The translations under genes and the position numbers were made by a program. A stretch of DNA of 64,000 nucleotides from Chlorokybus atmophyticus. Taxonomy: Eukaryota > Plantae > Mesostigma and Chlorokybus algae. The notes below the pieces were generated by a model. It saw only the letters and a program-made list of their open reading frames with translations. It was not told where the DNA came from and did not search any database. Positions 50,325-61,955 of this stretch are shown in pieces. The stretch is taken from positions 567,104-631,103 of the forward strand of contig RHPI01002823.1 in the NCBI GenBank assembly GCA_009103225.1, given 5' to 3'. The stretch's first letter is position 1; every line of letters begins with the position of its first letter.

Positions 50325-52944
50325 ATGTTGGCGTTTCGGGAGCCGAGTCTGGGCACGACGCGGCCGCTGCGCTTTGAAGACGTGTACGTGTCTGCGGAGC
50401 CGCTGATCCTGGAGAACCTGCGCCAGCTGACTTCCTACCGCCAGGCCAGTAAGGATGTCTTGCATTATATGAGCTGTGTTTGTGTATGTGTTTGTGGCTG
50501 GTCTTGTCTGCGGGCATGCGTGTGCAAGACTAAGCATGTACGTATTTACACAAGCGTATGTGCGCATTCAGAGCCACACACACACATGCATGCATGCATG
50601 CATGCCCATACGTGCAGACACGCGCCCGTGCATGTCTGCGCGTGTACACGCACAACCGTCTCTGCATGCACCCACGTGCGCATGCGCCCTTGCAAATGTA
50701 CACGCTAGCACACACATGCGCATGGCGGATAAGCGTGTTGACAGTGCATACACTAACCCGGGTTTGCTGCACAATCCGCGACCAACCATGCATGAGTTTA
50801 ACCATTCAGGCCGCACTCTCTGCACCACCCGGAGCCCGTCCGCCAGCAGAAGTGGCCGCAGATCTAGAGAAGTACTTGGGAGTAAGCACGCTTCACTTTC
50901 GTCTATTGTGATTTGACACAAGCGCGCATGCATTGTGTGAAGCATGTGTGGTTGACCTGACCCTTGTGTGGGCAGATGTTGGAGAACCTGGTGGCGAAGC
51001 TGGCGCAATCTGGCGGAGGCGCACTGGAGATCAAGCAGAAGCTCTCGGTCACGTGGTCGTCGCCGTTGGGTGGCAGGTACGTGTGCACACATACGTGTGG
51101 GTGTTTGAGTATGTGTACGTATGTGTACGTGTGTATCTGTGTGTGTGTGCATGCGTGTGCATGTGAATGTGTCAATGCGTACGTGTGCATATGTGTGCGC
51201 CTGTGCGTGTGTAACGTGCGTGTCTGCATGTGGGCGTGTGCGTATGTGTGCATGTAAGGATTCACGTGCCCTTATGTACACACAGTGGAAACTCACTTAC
51301 AAGGATGCCTCTGAAATGATTTGCCAACACTATCATGTTCACGCTCGCAGCAGCAGTAGCAAGCAATTTGCGCACGCGACGGACCACCTGCACAACATAC
51401 GGTTCGAGCAAGCGATGTCAATGAACCACTTTGCCGCCGTCTTGCGTGAGGTTGGCAGCGCAGCCCTGCACGGTAATCACATCATGTCACTGAGTTGTGC
51501 AACAACAAGTCTCTGATTGGTTGGTTGATTGGTTAGTTTGGCTCCAGCGCGCATGCACGCAAACAACTAACCAATTGCTTTGTTGATGAGAGCGGTTGTG
51601 GTCAATGCTGCCGTCCTGGCAATTGTGCATGTATCACTCTTAGCAAAGCTTACGGCAATTAGCGCGGGTACGCTTGCGCATGCGCATGTGTGGTGTGCGG
51701 GCGCACACACACACGCACATACGCATGCACGCGCTCATATCGCACACGCGCACACACTCACAGACATACATGCATTCACAAACGTTCACATACATACACA
51801 CGCTCACACGTACACGTGCGCGCGCACACATACACGCGCAAACACGTTCATATCTGCAGCTGGCGACTTGGTGTCCGCGGCGCGTCACTACCGTCGGTCT
51901 GCGGGCGTGTACGAGCGCCTCCACCTGGACGTGCTGCCGCCGCTGCAGCAGGGGCTCAGCAGCGAGCGTCCCGCCGAGGTGATGCCCTCCATGGCGGACG
52001 CGCTCAAGCAGATGACGCTCGGGGAGGGGCAGGTGAATGATGGGTTGGCTTTTGCTTTGTCGCTGGGTTGGGTTGAGTTGGGTTGTTGTGTGTGAAAGGT
52101 GTATACTGAGTTGGGCGATGCATACACGCGCGCGCAACATGTATGCGAAATTGGCGTGCGTGCACATGGACTGCTTGCGAGCTGCGGCGTTCCCACATGC
52201 TGTCTGCTTATATAGCACTTTCCTCAGGCCGTTGCTGCGCGCGGGTCAGAAACAAAGGTGTCTGCAGGGTTGCGCGCGAAGCTGCTCGCTGCAGCCGCGG
52301 CTTTCTTCGCCAATGCGGCCGCTATCCTGCAGGACCACGCCGCCGACTTTACGCGCGTGACACCCAAATTCAAGGTACACATCACTTGCGTGTGTGTGCA
52401 TGTAACGACATCGTCAACACAGATGGCCTCCCATTGCAGGTGTATTTACATCTAGCAGAGAGGCTCAACGTGGCACGGGCTTATAGAGCGCTCGCTGCCG
52501 ACGCGCGGGCCAACGAGCAGGCGGGACTCGGCATCGCGTGCTTGAGACATGCGCGGGACATATTGAAGGCAGGCTTCAACCAGGCAGGTGAGTGAGCGAG
52601 TGAGTGTGTGCTCAAGTGTGCATAACCGTGAGTGCAACCGGGCATGTGTGCGTGTGCGCGTGCGTGTGTATGTGCGTGCTTTTGTATTGTGCTATGCTTG
52701 TGGGCATTACAGGCAACAACTGTAATATAGTTTGTGTGCATCAGATGACGAAAGAGACTGGGCGCTGGTGTGGGTTCAGGAGCAGTCTTCCGTTGCGTTT
52801 GAGCTGGAGAAGCTGGAGAAGGAGAACCAGCTGGTGTACTACCAGGCTGTCGCGCGCGAGCTGCCTCAAGTGGAGAGGAAACCTATCGTTGTGCCGCTGC
52901 CGTACGATGTACCCGTGCTGCAGCACAACCTGTTTATTCTTTAA
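50325..52944 (+). CDS. BROX: BRO1-domain protein, BROX-like (ESCRT-associated)
   Basis: MLAFREPSLGTTRPLRFEDVY...LENLRQLTSYRQ; VTWSSPL; IRFEQAMS; AARHYRRSAGVYERL; MTLGEGQ|AVAARA; GLGIACLRHA; EKENQLVYYQAV. This resembles the plant BROX-type family. TAA at 52942-52944. Confidence 0.8.
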
Positions 52945-53346
52945 CGCGCGCACGATCGCTGCAAACCGCATGTGTAGAGCAGATGTTGCTTGTGGATGCG
53001 GTGCTTCTGTGGTTTGTGCAAGTGCTTCTGTGGTTTGTGACTCCTTTATCTGGCTGGCTATCTCGGTGTCGGTACAAACCTGCCAAGTTGAGCGAATTGT
53101 TTTACTCTGCACATATCAGACGTCATTTTTTGGTGGCTGTGCATAACTAGTTGAAGAGCTGCATGAAGCAGGCATAAGAATCGTTGTCGGTACACGCCTG
53201 CTTGTATGTTGCGAGAATCTTACTGCGCGCGCATATCAAACATCATGAGTTAGTATGCCTATACATAATTAATTCAAGACTCGCATAAAGCGCGCTCAAA
53301 ACTCGTAGTTCGTACACGACTACTCCAAACATATCCCACATTACTC

Positions 53347-53560
53347 GTGTTTCTCAGCACAGCCGTGTGGCCAGCAACAAATTCGAGCTCCCATGTTAAC
53401 TTGTCGAATCTCACATTGTTTTGAGAAAATTTGCGTGATGCTATTAGAAACCGTGTTTCTCAGCACGGCCGTGTGGTCCAGCAACAAATTCGTGCTCCCA
53501 TGTTAACTTGTCGAATCTCACATAGTTTTGGGAACTTTTGCGTGATGCTATTTAGAAACC
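53347..53560. repeat. Tandem direct repeat, 2 copies of about 106 bp
   Basis: gtgtttctcagcac(a/g)gccgtgtgg...gcgtgatgctatt(t)agaaacc begins at 53347 and again at 53453, with a few substitutions. Confidence 0.85.
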
Positions 53561-54362
53561 ATCAAACCACAACAAAACACGCAGCACTTGCATGAAGCGC
53601 AAGTATGTTGGTCATTACTCAGACGACGACTTGGTACCTTTACAGAGTTCCAATCAATGAGAAAGCCATTAGCAAAGCTCACTTTCAATTGCATGTGACG
53701 CACCATCCCGCAACTAGGGTTGGAGACCATGTTTTAGATAACATTTCTAAGCAAGTTTTGAGGTGCAGATCGGTTGCATTGCAATGCGCACAAGTGCCGC
53801 CACTGCGGAAGCGGTAGCGAGTTGCATGCGCTACTCAGAGTTCACCTAGTGCAGCTGCACCGACCTTATACACCGACCTGGTACGCTGATAACATCGCCG
53901 ATGTGGCCTTATTCTGACATATTCAGTGGTTGTGAAGATTTATGGACTTTGTTGCGCCCATCACAGTACAGTCACATGCAAATTTGAGTAAAACTCTTCA
54001 TACAAAATCAACCGTGCACCAACCCCAAAGCACACTACGTTTCAAGCCATCAAAGCCATGCAACTCTAACAGTCTGTTGCAGAGACAGCCAACGTGTGAA
54101 GTTGGACAGCAGTGCACACGTATTTTTGGACAGGACGGCTGTCTTATTGCAAGTCTGAAGTTGTTCAACCAGCAACAGGAGATTTCCTGTCTGTCACCCT
54201 ATCTACCTAACCTACATGACGGATATGTACACGGTTGCTTACTACACATGAATGTCACTGCATCAGTGGTAAACACCACTGAAGCAGTTTTGGAGTAACA
54301 GCACGTCGGCTGTCTACGTCGCAGCAGTTTATGTACACGCGAGCGCTGAGTGTTGATCGTCG

Positions 54363-55413
54363 TTAGGCAGCAACGGACTCCCCAACATTGCTGGCAGACA
54401 CAGCGGTACTTGAAGGAGGTGACGATGGTTTGCTTGGCGGCGACCGTGGGCTTGCTCTGCTCCCTTTGTTGTCGCCCCAATGCAGTGCTTCCGTTGTAAA
54501 CTCGGTCAACTCATTGGTCAGACCCTGTGTGCAAAAGAACAGACACGAGTTAGCTCATGCATGTGAGAAAGCCAGCTGTGTGTGGTTGGCATGCTGAATG
54601 CATACATGCAAGCCATGCATGCATGCTGTGCATGATCGCATGTGCTCCCATCCCGTACATGCAAAGCTCAAGACACAAGCATAACTCGTGTAGTACAGGA
54701 TTTTTCCTTCAACACACTAATGCTCTGGCACTTATGCTCTAGCACATGACAGGTGCAAAGGAGGGTTGTAACTGATTTTTCTAGAAACTGCGCCCTGCTG
54801 TCCTCTGCTTGCGTCAGTCCAGAGTCAACGACATCCACTTAATTGCATGAAGGTGGCACAAAACATGCAGCGTTAGCAGTCTTTTAATACCACCACCCGA
54901 ATGCAAGACTGATCACTGTAGGAGGTGCAGCTTGGAGTTGCAATCACGTGGGCCATTTGCGCGTTGCTCAAAGGCAGCACAAGGTACGGCCAACCGCGAT
55001 TTGACGCTGTCAGTGACAACGCATAATCTGAGGGCGCAACTCGCACCAAACAAAGCACCTCAGCTGGCACCTTTTCGGTAATTGTAACTGTGCGTTTGTT
55101 TCTGAACTTACTTCTAATGCGCCACCCTTATACCAACAGCATGAGTACAAGACGAAACAAACTACCCAAACGAAAAGATGGCAATCAAGACCTTCATCGA
55201 GCCAACGTCCCGGATAGCAACCTGTACCTGAATGTGCTTGCTGATGTGGTCAAAGAAATTCGGCGACGGTGGCGACAGCTGTTCACAGGACAGGTGCACG
55301 GGGCGGCGCTTTGCAGCCTCCACCTCCAGCCTCATGCGCCGGTCATCCCCATGGTGGAGATCTCTGGCGCTTTTGTTCAGCCGGGCAGGCACAAACCGAG
55401 CGCGGCTGTCCAT
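54363..55413 (-). CDS. Hypothetical protein, exon chain incompletely resolved
   Basis: First exon MDSRARFVPARLNKSARDLHHGDDRRMRLEVEAAKRRPVHLSCEQLSPPSPNFFDHISKHIQ with donor gtacag. Terminal exon GLTNELTEFTTEALHWGDNKGSRASPRSPPSKPSSPPSSTAVSASNVGESVAA* after acceptor cacacag. The middle exons are unclear. Confidence 0.35.
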
Positions 55414-56963
55414 CCCGCAGCAACAAGCTCCACTCACAACAGCTCGCCACGCTCAATTGCAGCCACCAATATCAATCAGGACAAGCGCCTTAGACACCGC
55501 CTCCTGAACACCGCCGATAACGCCACCAACGCCGCCGCCACCTCCTACACCACCGCCTTTCCTGCGCCGAAACGCCGGTGACAAATGTCAACCGTCAGTG
55601 CAGGCTTGCGCATTGCTGCCAGCTAGGCGCCAACCGCAGCCGGGCGGCGGTGTGAAAGGCGCCGACCGTCGGTGGCTACGACACCACGTCGGTTGACGGC
55701 GGCGGTAATCTCTGCTGGCCTGGCAGATGGACGCGCACTGCGCCTTAGGACAGCCTCGCCGCAGCCGGGCATTCGAGAGCATCCGCTTATCGAAAAAGTC
55801 AGCAGGGCTCTGACGTCATGATTCATGAGTCATGAATAACTGATAATCTACCACACTGTTGCTGTGGAGACAAGCAATCATCAAGGGCTAAAAATCGCTT
55901 TTGCATTAGAACTATTGATGCATAAGCGACTTTTTACTTGAGGTTTAAGTTTACATGCCGCTAACTCGCACAGCTGGCCCCCGGTTTGGGACCACAAAGC
56001 TGGGTGACTGGGTGAGCCAAAGTTTGAGTGCACTTAAAGGTAAACATTTAAGCGTAAAGTTTTGTGCGCATGGTGCAAGCTGGGGTTGCGATAAAAGGTG
56101 ATTTTTAGCAGGAGGGCCCCACGAACGAAACCTTTCGGGTCACTTTTTGCGGGTACTGGTCCCTAATTGACGGACCCGTACCTGAATAAAAAGCGCAGAT
56201 TGGGCAGCGGATGAGATTCTTTTCCCGGTCAGATGCTTGTGCGCGATATCGCGCTTTTTGCTTGTGTCGGTTGGAGTGGAGTGGATAGCGCTGCAACAAC
56301 ACACATTCTTTCCCGCCGCCGCCGCCGTGGGCGCGAGCTGGTCGACGGCGGAGTTGGCGTTGTCGCTGGCGCGGTGAGTGGGGAGCTGGGCTGAGCTGGT
56401 AGAGGCTGCTCAGCTTGACCGGCGGATTAGGGCTTAAAGGTGTTGGAGTGGAGTGTGCGAAGGTGACAGCCAGTGCTTGTATGGGCTGGGGTGGGCTGCT
56501 CGGGTGGTTTTCTTGCTTGCTTTCTGCCGTGTTTTTGGACTTTTCACCTGCGCAGCGTATCTTGCTGCGCACTTGTAGCCTGTGAAGCGTGCATTCCATG
56601 CCGCGCTAGGTTAGGCTAGCTGCTTGACTGCTTGTCGTTGCATGCGTTGACATATTAGCAAGAGAGATGCCTCCTCTCCATGTAGGCATGCATGCTGAAC
56701 AGACATCGCCTGGAACTGGGTTGTTGCATTGCGCAGCAAGGCGTGGCTTGTTGCGCAGCCGCTGTCGTGTGCAGATTTGCTGCTCATCCACAGGTCACTG
56801 GTGTCGCACCAGGTTTCAAAACTCTTGTACTCCCCCGATCAATGCACTCCAGCTGCTGTTGCAGAGCGCAGTAACGTTTGACAGAAAAAGCAAGCGCTTG
56901 TAAAGCTTTGTCGCAAACTCTTGTTGTGTTGGCAGGCTTTAGTGCGAGGCGCACACTTCAGCA

Positions 56964-59900
56964 ATGGCGGCGCTGCGCGCTGCCGCCGCCGCAGTCCCCA
57001 TCACATCATGGTTGAGCACAGGACCGACACTGCTACCCAAACCACGCAGCAGGCAGTCCAGCCAGTTGGCAGCATTGCACACGAACAAAGCACCATACAA
57101 AGCACCAAAGAGCAAGCAGCATGCAACGACACGTGCAGCGGTATCAGTTGAATCACCTCCCTCGCATGTCGACCACAGCCGCGTGTTCACTGTTGAAGAA
57201 GAAGCGTCTCCCGACACTTCATCGGCGCACAAGCAAGCTGTTGCCATATATGACACCACTTTGCGGGATGGGGCACAGATGGTAGGAGTTGCTTGTGTGT
57301 AGCTGCGCTTGTGCATGTGCGTCAGCATTGGTTGTTTAGGTCACGCTTGCAGCCTTGCACGATAACATACACGTTGCATGCATCAACAAAATTTGTGAGT
57401 TTGGGAGTGGTTGTTGATGGAATGGGCCTTATCAAAATTAACCTTAACTTCAATGGTACACTGATAGGTTGGGATATCGTTGACGGTAGCTGACAAGTTG
57501 AAGATAGCACAAGCCTTGAGCGCGCTTGGGGTTGCGTATATTGAGGGCGGCTGGTGAGTACTATAAATGGCATTGCCTTTGATCGCATAGTGCACTGGCA
57601 TGCCGCTGGCTGATGCTCAACATTAAATGGTTGTGTATTGTAATCAGGCCAGGCTCCAATCCGAAGGATGCTGAGTTTTTCCGGAGGTGGCAAGAGGTAA
57701 GCAATCGTATGACTCACTTAGTTTGATTAGATGATTAGTCAGTGTTATATATGGCTCATTTGTTACTGACATAACACGTATGCAACAGCGTGGTCATGAA
57801 GGCCCACGTCTTGCGGCATTTGGGTCCACCCGACGCAAGGTGGGTTAACACTAGGTGAACACACGGCAGTGCACGCAAGAAATGTGCATAGCGGCCTGTC
57901 ATCGCGGATCCACAGAACAGTTTTCATCATGCTCCAACTTCTATGTGCAGTTGCAAGCAATAAGACTTGCTTGTAACTTGCGGTTGGCATACAGAACACC
58001 ACATGCATGGAAGACCCTCAAGTTCAGGCACTCATCGACAGCAAAGCACCCGTTATCACACTTGTTGCCAAAGCGGTAAGTGGGATTGACATCACTCGTA
58101 TGCCTGCATGTCGCTTAGTGCTTTACCTAACAACACTTGCATGCTGATGCTCTTTGCGTGCGACGTCTCAGTGGGATGCGCAAGTCATCAGAGTCCTTGG
58201 CACGACGCTAAAGGAGAACCTTGCCATGGTGACTGAGACAGTCCAGCACTGCTGCAGCCACGGGCGTGAAGTGATGCTTGATGCTGAGCACTTCTTTGAT
58301 GGGTACGCATCACATATGTTGGTAGTCGAGCACAGCCATGTGCACCTGGTCACAGTCAGCATTGGTGGTCATGCTGACGTATTGACGTGCGTGCTGCAGG
58401 TATAAAGCAAACCCACATTATGCCATGGAGGTTATGCGTGTTGCTGCGGAGGCGGGAGCGAGCACGTTGGTGTTGTGTGACACAAATGGTGGTTCAATGC
58501 CTTGGGAGGTAGATCTTGAGCACAACACATTCCACGCAATCATTGCATGAGATGTGTTGCAACTCATCTGCATCAACGCATGCATACAGGTTGAGGATGC
58601 GGTGCGCGCGGTGTGTGGAAGTTTACCACATGTGCGTGTGGGGATACACACGCACAACGACTGCGGGCTTGCTGTGGCCACGAGCATCGCCGCCGTGCGC
58701 GGGGGCGCGTCTCTCGTGCAGGGCTGCGTGAACGGCTATGGCGAGCGCACCGGCAACGCCAACATTATTAGCGTAATCGGCATACTCCAGCTCAAGATGG
58801 GCTACTTTTGTGTGCCGGATGAGACCATGCCCAGGCTGTTGGAGCTGTCATCAGAAGTTGCATTGATCGCTGGGGTCGGGGGAGTACCCGCCAACCAGGT
58901 TGGCTTGCTGTAATCAGCGTTGCACAGATTGTCGTACTTGTTACTGGTTTAGTCTTTAGGTGGCTTGTGCTGTACTTGTTGTGCAAATAACAAATACACT
59001 GTTGCTTGCAGAACATGTTGTACATGCTGGTTGAGCAACAGTTATGCTGGTGCACTTATTGTTGCACATGTTGTCATCATGTGCAATAACAATCACAGCA
59101 ACACATACACTTGCATTATGTGTGGTTGTGGTCAGCAATTCTTCTGTCTGTTGTCACAGCCGTTTGTGGGGAGTAGTGCCTTTGCGCACAAAGGCGGTTT
59201 GCACGTGGCAGCTCTGCGTAAGATGCCTGAGAGTTACAACCACATCGACCCGGCGCTGGTCGGCAACCGCATGAAGTCAGTTGTGAGCGAGCTTAGCGGC
59301 CGAGGCAACGTCCTCGATCGCGCCGAAGCCGCGGGGTTGGAACTTAGCCAAGGCGCTGCTGGAAATGTGCTGACACGCATCAAGCAGCTTGAAAGCCAGG
59401 CAAGTGACAGAAAGTGTGCGTGCGTGTGTGCGTGTGCGCCTGTGTGTGCGCGCATTGAAAGCCTGGCAAATGTGCATGCAGATGTGCTAGCAGATGTGCA
59501 CGCTTGCTTGTATGCACTGCTTGTGACCCCTTTTTGATGAGTGATGGCTGTTATCTGCAGGGTTGTGCATTTGAGCATGCTGGTGCTTCGGTAGAGATGA
59601 TCATTGTCCGAAGAGGACCCGACTACAAGCGACCTTTCACGGTGCTAGAGTACTCTGTCATCAGCAGCAACCGTGGATCGGAAGGCATCGGCGATGAGTG
59701 CGACCATCACGACAGCCACAACATCTGCGTCAATCAGGTAAGAGTCGAGTGACAAGGACACACGCTATGTAGTTGCATGCAAGCAGTCTTCCTGATGTAT
59801 GGTCATCACTATAACACTACTGGCATCACAGGCCATAGTCAAGCTGGACATCCCTGGAGTCACAACGCAACAGCCTATGAGTGCAGCTGAAGGCAACGGA

Positions 59901-60466
59901 CCGGTTGATGCCTTGAGCACTGCGTTGCGATCAGCATTGCAAGTAAGTCACCATACGTGCACCACCCATCTTGTCTGACACGACCACCTCAGTATGCATT
60001 CTTCTGATATGCCCGCACACAGGTGTTGCATCAGTGGTTCACAGTGAAGCATGTCTTTACAGACACGTCTGCGTGTGAGTGCACACGTGTGTATGCATGT
60101 GTGTGCGCGCATGGGTAAAATACATGCATGCACATATGCAAGCATACCCGAGCATCGTGTGTTGATATATACCAGTTATACTGAGGTTAGCAGCTGAGCT
60201 GTTTCTGTCGCTGCCGTCCACAGGTTGTGTACCCCCAGCTTCAGCGTGTGGCGCTGAAGGACTACACGGTGCGTTTGCTGGAGTCCGATGGTTCGGGCGC
60301 AACAACACGTGTGACGATTGACTTTGCGGACGAGTCGGGTAGCACGTGGAGCACGGTTGGAGCGCACACGAGCATTGTTGAGGCCAGCTTCCGCGCACTC
60401 ATGGACGGACTCGAGTTTGGAATCATCAACTGCTCAAGCGAAGGATGCACCGTGCCGTACCGTTGA
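56964..60466 (+). CDS. cimA: Bacterial-type (R)-citramalate synthase (CimA; LeuA-related DRE-TIM family) with plastid-like transit peptide
   Basis: [15 protein letters not shown]|[23 protein letters not shown]|[81 protein letters not shown]. The N-terminus is A/S/R-rich. TGA at 60464-60466. Confidence 0.88.
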
Positions 60467-61955
60467 GCGGTGCTGTTTAGTCCTTCATGGCACAGGCTTG
60501 GGTGTGTGGTTTGTGGGTATATATGCAGTAAAGTTTTGGTAGTTGGCACATAGCAGCACGTCACAAACACAGATACCCTATCTTTAAGCACAGGGTGTAG
60601 CAGCGTGCGGGCGGGTAGCAGCTGATCCACTTGCTTCTGTGCGTTGACGTCGATGTCGTCGTCTCAACCTCGGCGTCGACAGCACCCACCAGTGTTGACA
60701 ATCAAGCAGTGCTGGGCGAACAGGCAGATTGTCTTGTGAATGACTGATGGGTTTGCTGCTGGTAACAGATGTTGCGCGGGCCCCCATAGCGTTTTGTGGT
60801 GTGCTGTCATCGTGTGACTCGTGACGCCTCAGGGACTGCGGCAGTGATGCGGAGAACCGGTCTAACTCACCCTTAAGAGATCTTATGAGGGTGAGTTGGT
60901 CTACACCAAGGACTAAGGCGAAATCTGCAAATTAACAATGCAAATCTAAACCAAATCTGCGAGGGGGTGTTATGCAATGATTATTTTGCCTCACGCCTCA
61001 CAAGGCAAAGGGGAAACTTGCTGGCAATATTGTAATTATGTTCTAATTGAACCTGTGGGCCTGTCATCTACAAAAGAACGACAAGAAGACGAAGAAGAAT
61101 ATAATTTTATAAGGCTTAAGAATGAAGCCACATTTTCATGAATTGCGGTGGCGGATATGCCAATGATGGCACTTGGGGCAAACCACGCGGAAAAAGCATT
61201 GCAGCCGTGCATTGTGGTGGTAGAGATGTTATTGTTCGCACCTTTTGGCAGACCTCGTGGAGAGGCTTTGAGGACGTTCATTGCGCTGACGGAGATGCTA
61301 GCATTAACACTTGTGGTAGTCCATGAGGGAGGAGCGGTGAAGCTGCACGGTGGTGGTCATGTAAGTGTTGTTCGTATGACGGATTTTAATGTCAAGCATT
61401 GATGCCGTGTATTGCGAGGTGGCGGATGTCGGGAGATGTCGATGGTAAACAATGCTACCGACCTTCCGCGAGCAATATTGATGCGTGCATTAGGCATGGT
61501 GATAGTTCTGCATGTAGCTCGGGTGAGCTACAGTGTTGAGGGAGAGGACGCGATAGATCAAGCGGTTGTGAACATCTACCAGGCTTGGGGAACATGGTGA
61601 AAAGAGTTTGTAAATGAGCAACCACCAGACCTACACAAGTTGTGGTGCTGAACAAATGGGAGCAGTCAACGTGGGGAGGACTACACTCGACTCGGGAAGG
61701 GGAACATTGTGCGATAGCATGAAGAAAATGAACATCTATTCCCGCAATCACGTGTCCTGCGAGTCACACCAGGGCATCAACCCCTTTATTAATCACAACC
61801 ATTTCCTTGCGTAAGACCCGTGGCTTTTAGTGAGAAGTTCTCACACATTGTTGCACCGAGCTAAAAAAGCCCCCTGAAACAACCCAAACAGCCGACCAAA
61901 TGTGGCACTTCAGCCTTCCGAACTACAGTGAATCTGTGTGTGCATGTGGTTCAGC

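Noticed and set aside
50476-51296. Many His/Thr/Cys/Val-rich ORFs (also at 17.6-18.9, 43.4-44.0, 47.4-47.9 and 62.6-63.1 kb)
   Set aside because: Translations of intronic (CA/TG)-type alternating repeats, not proteins.
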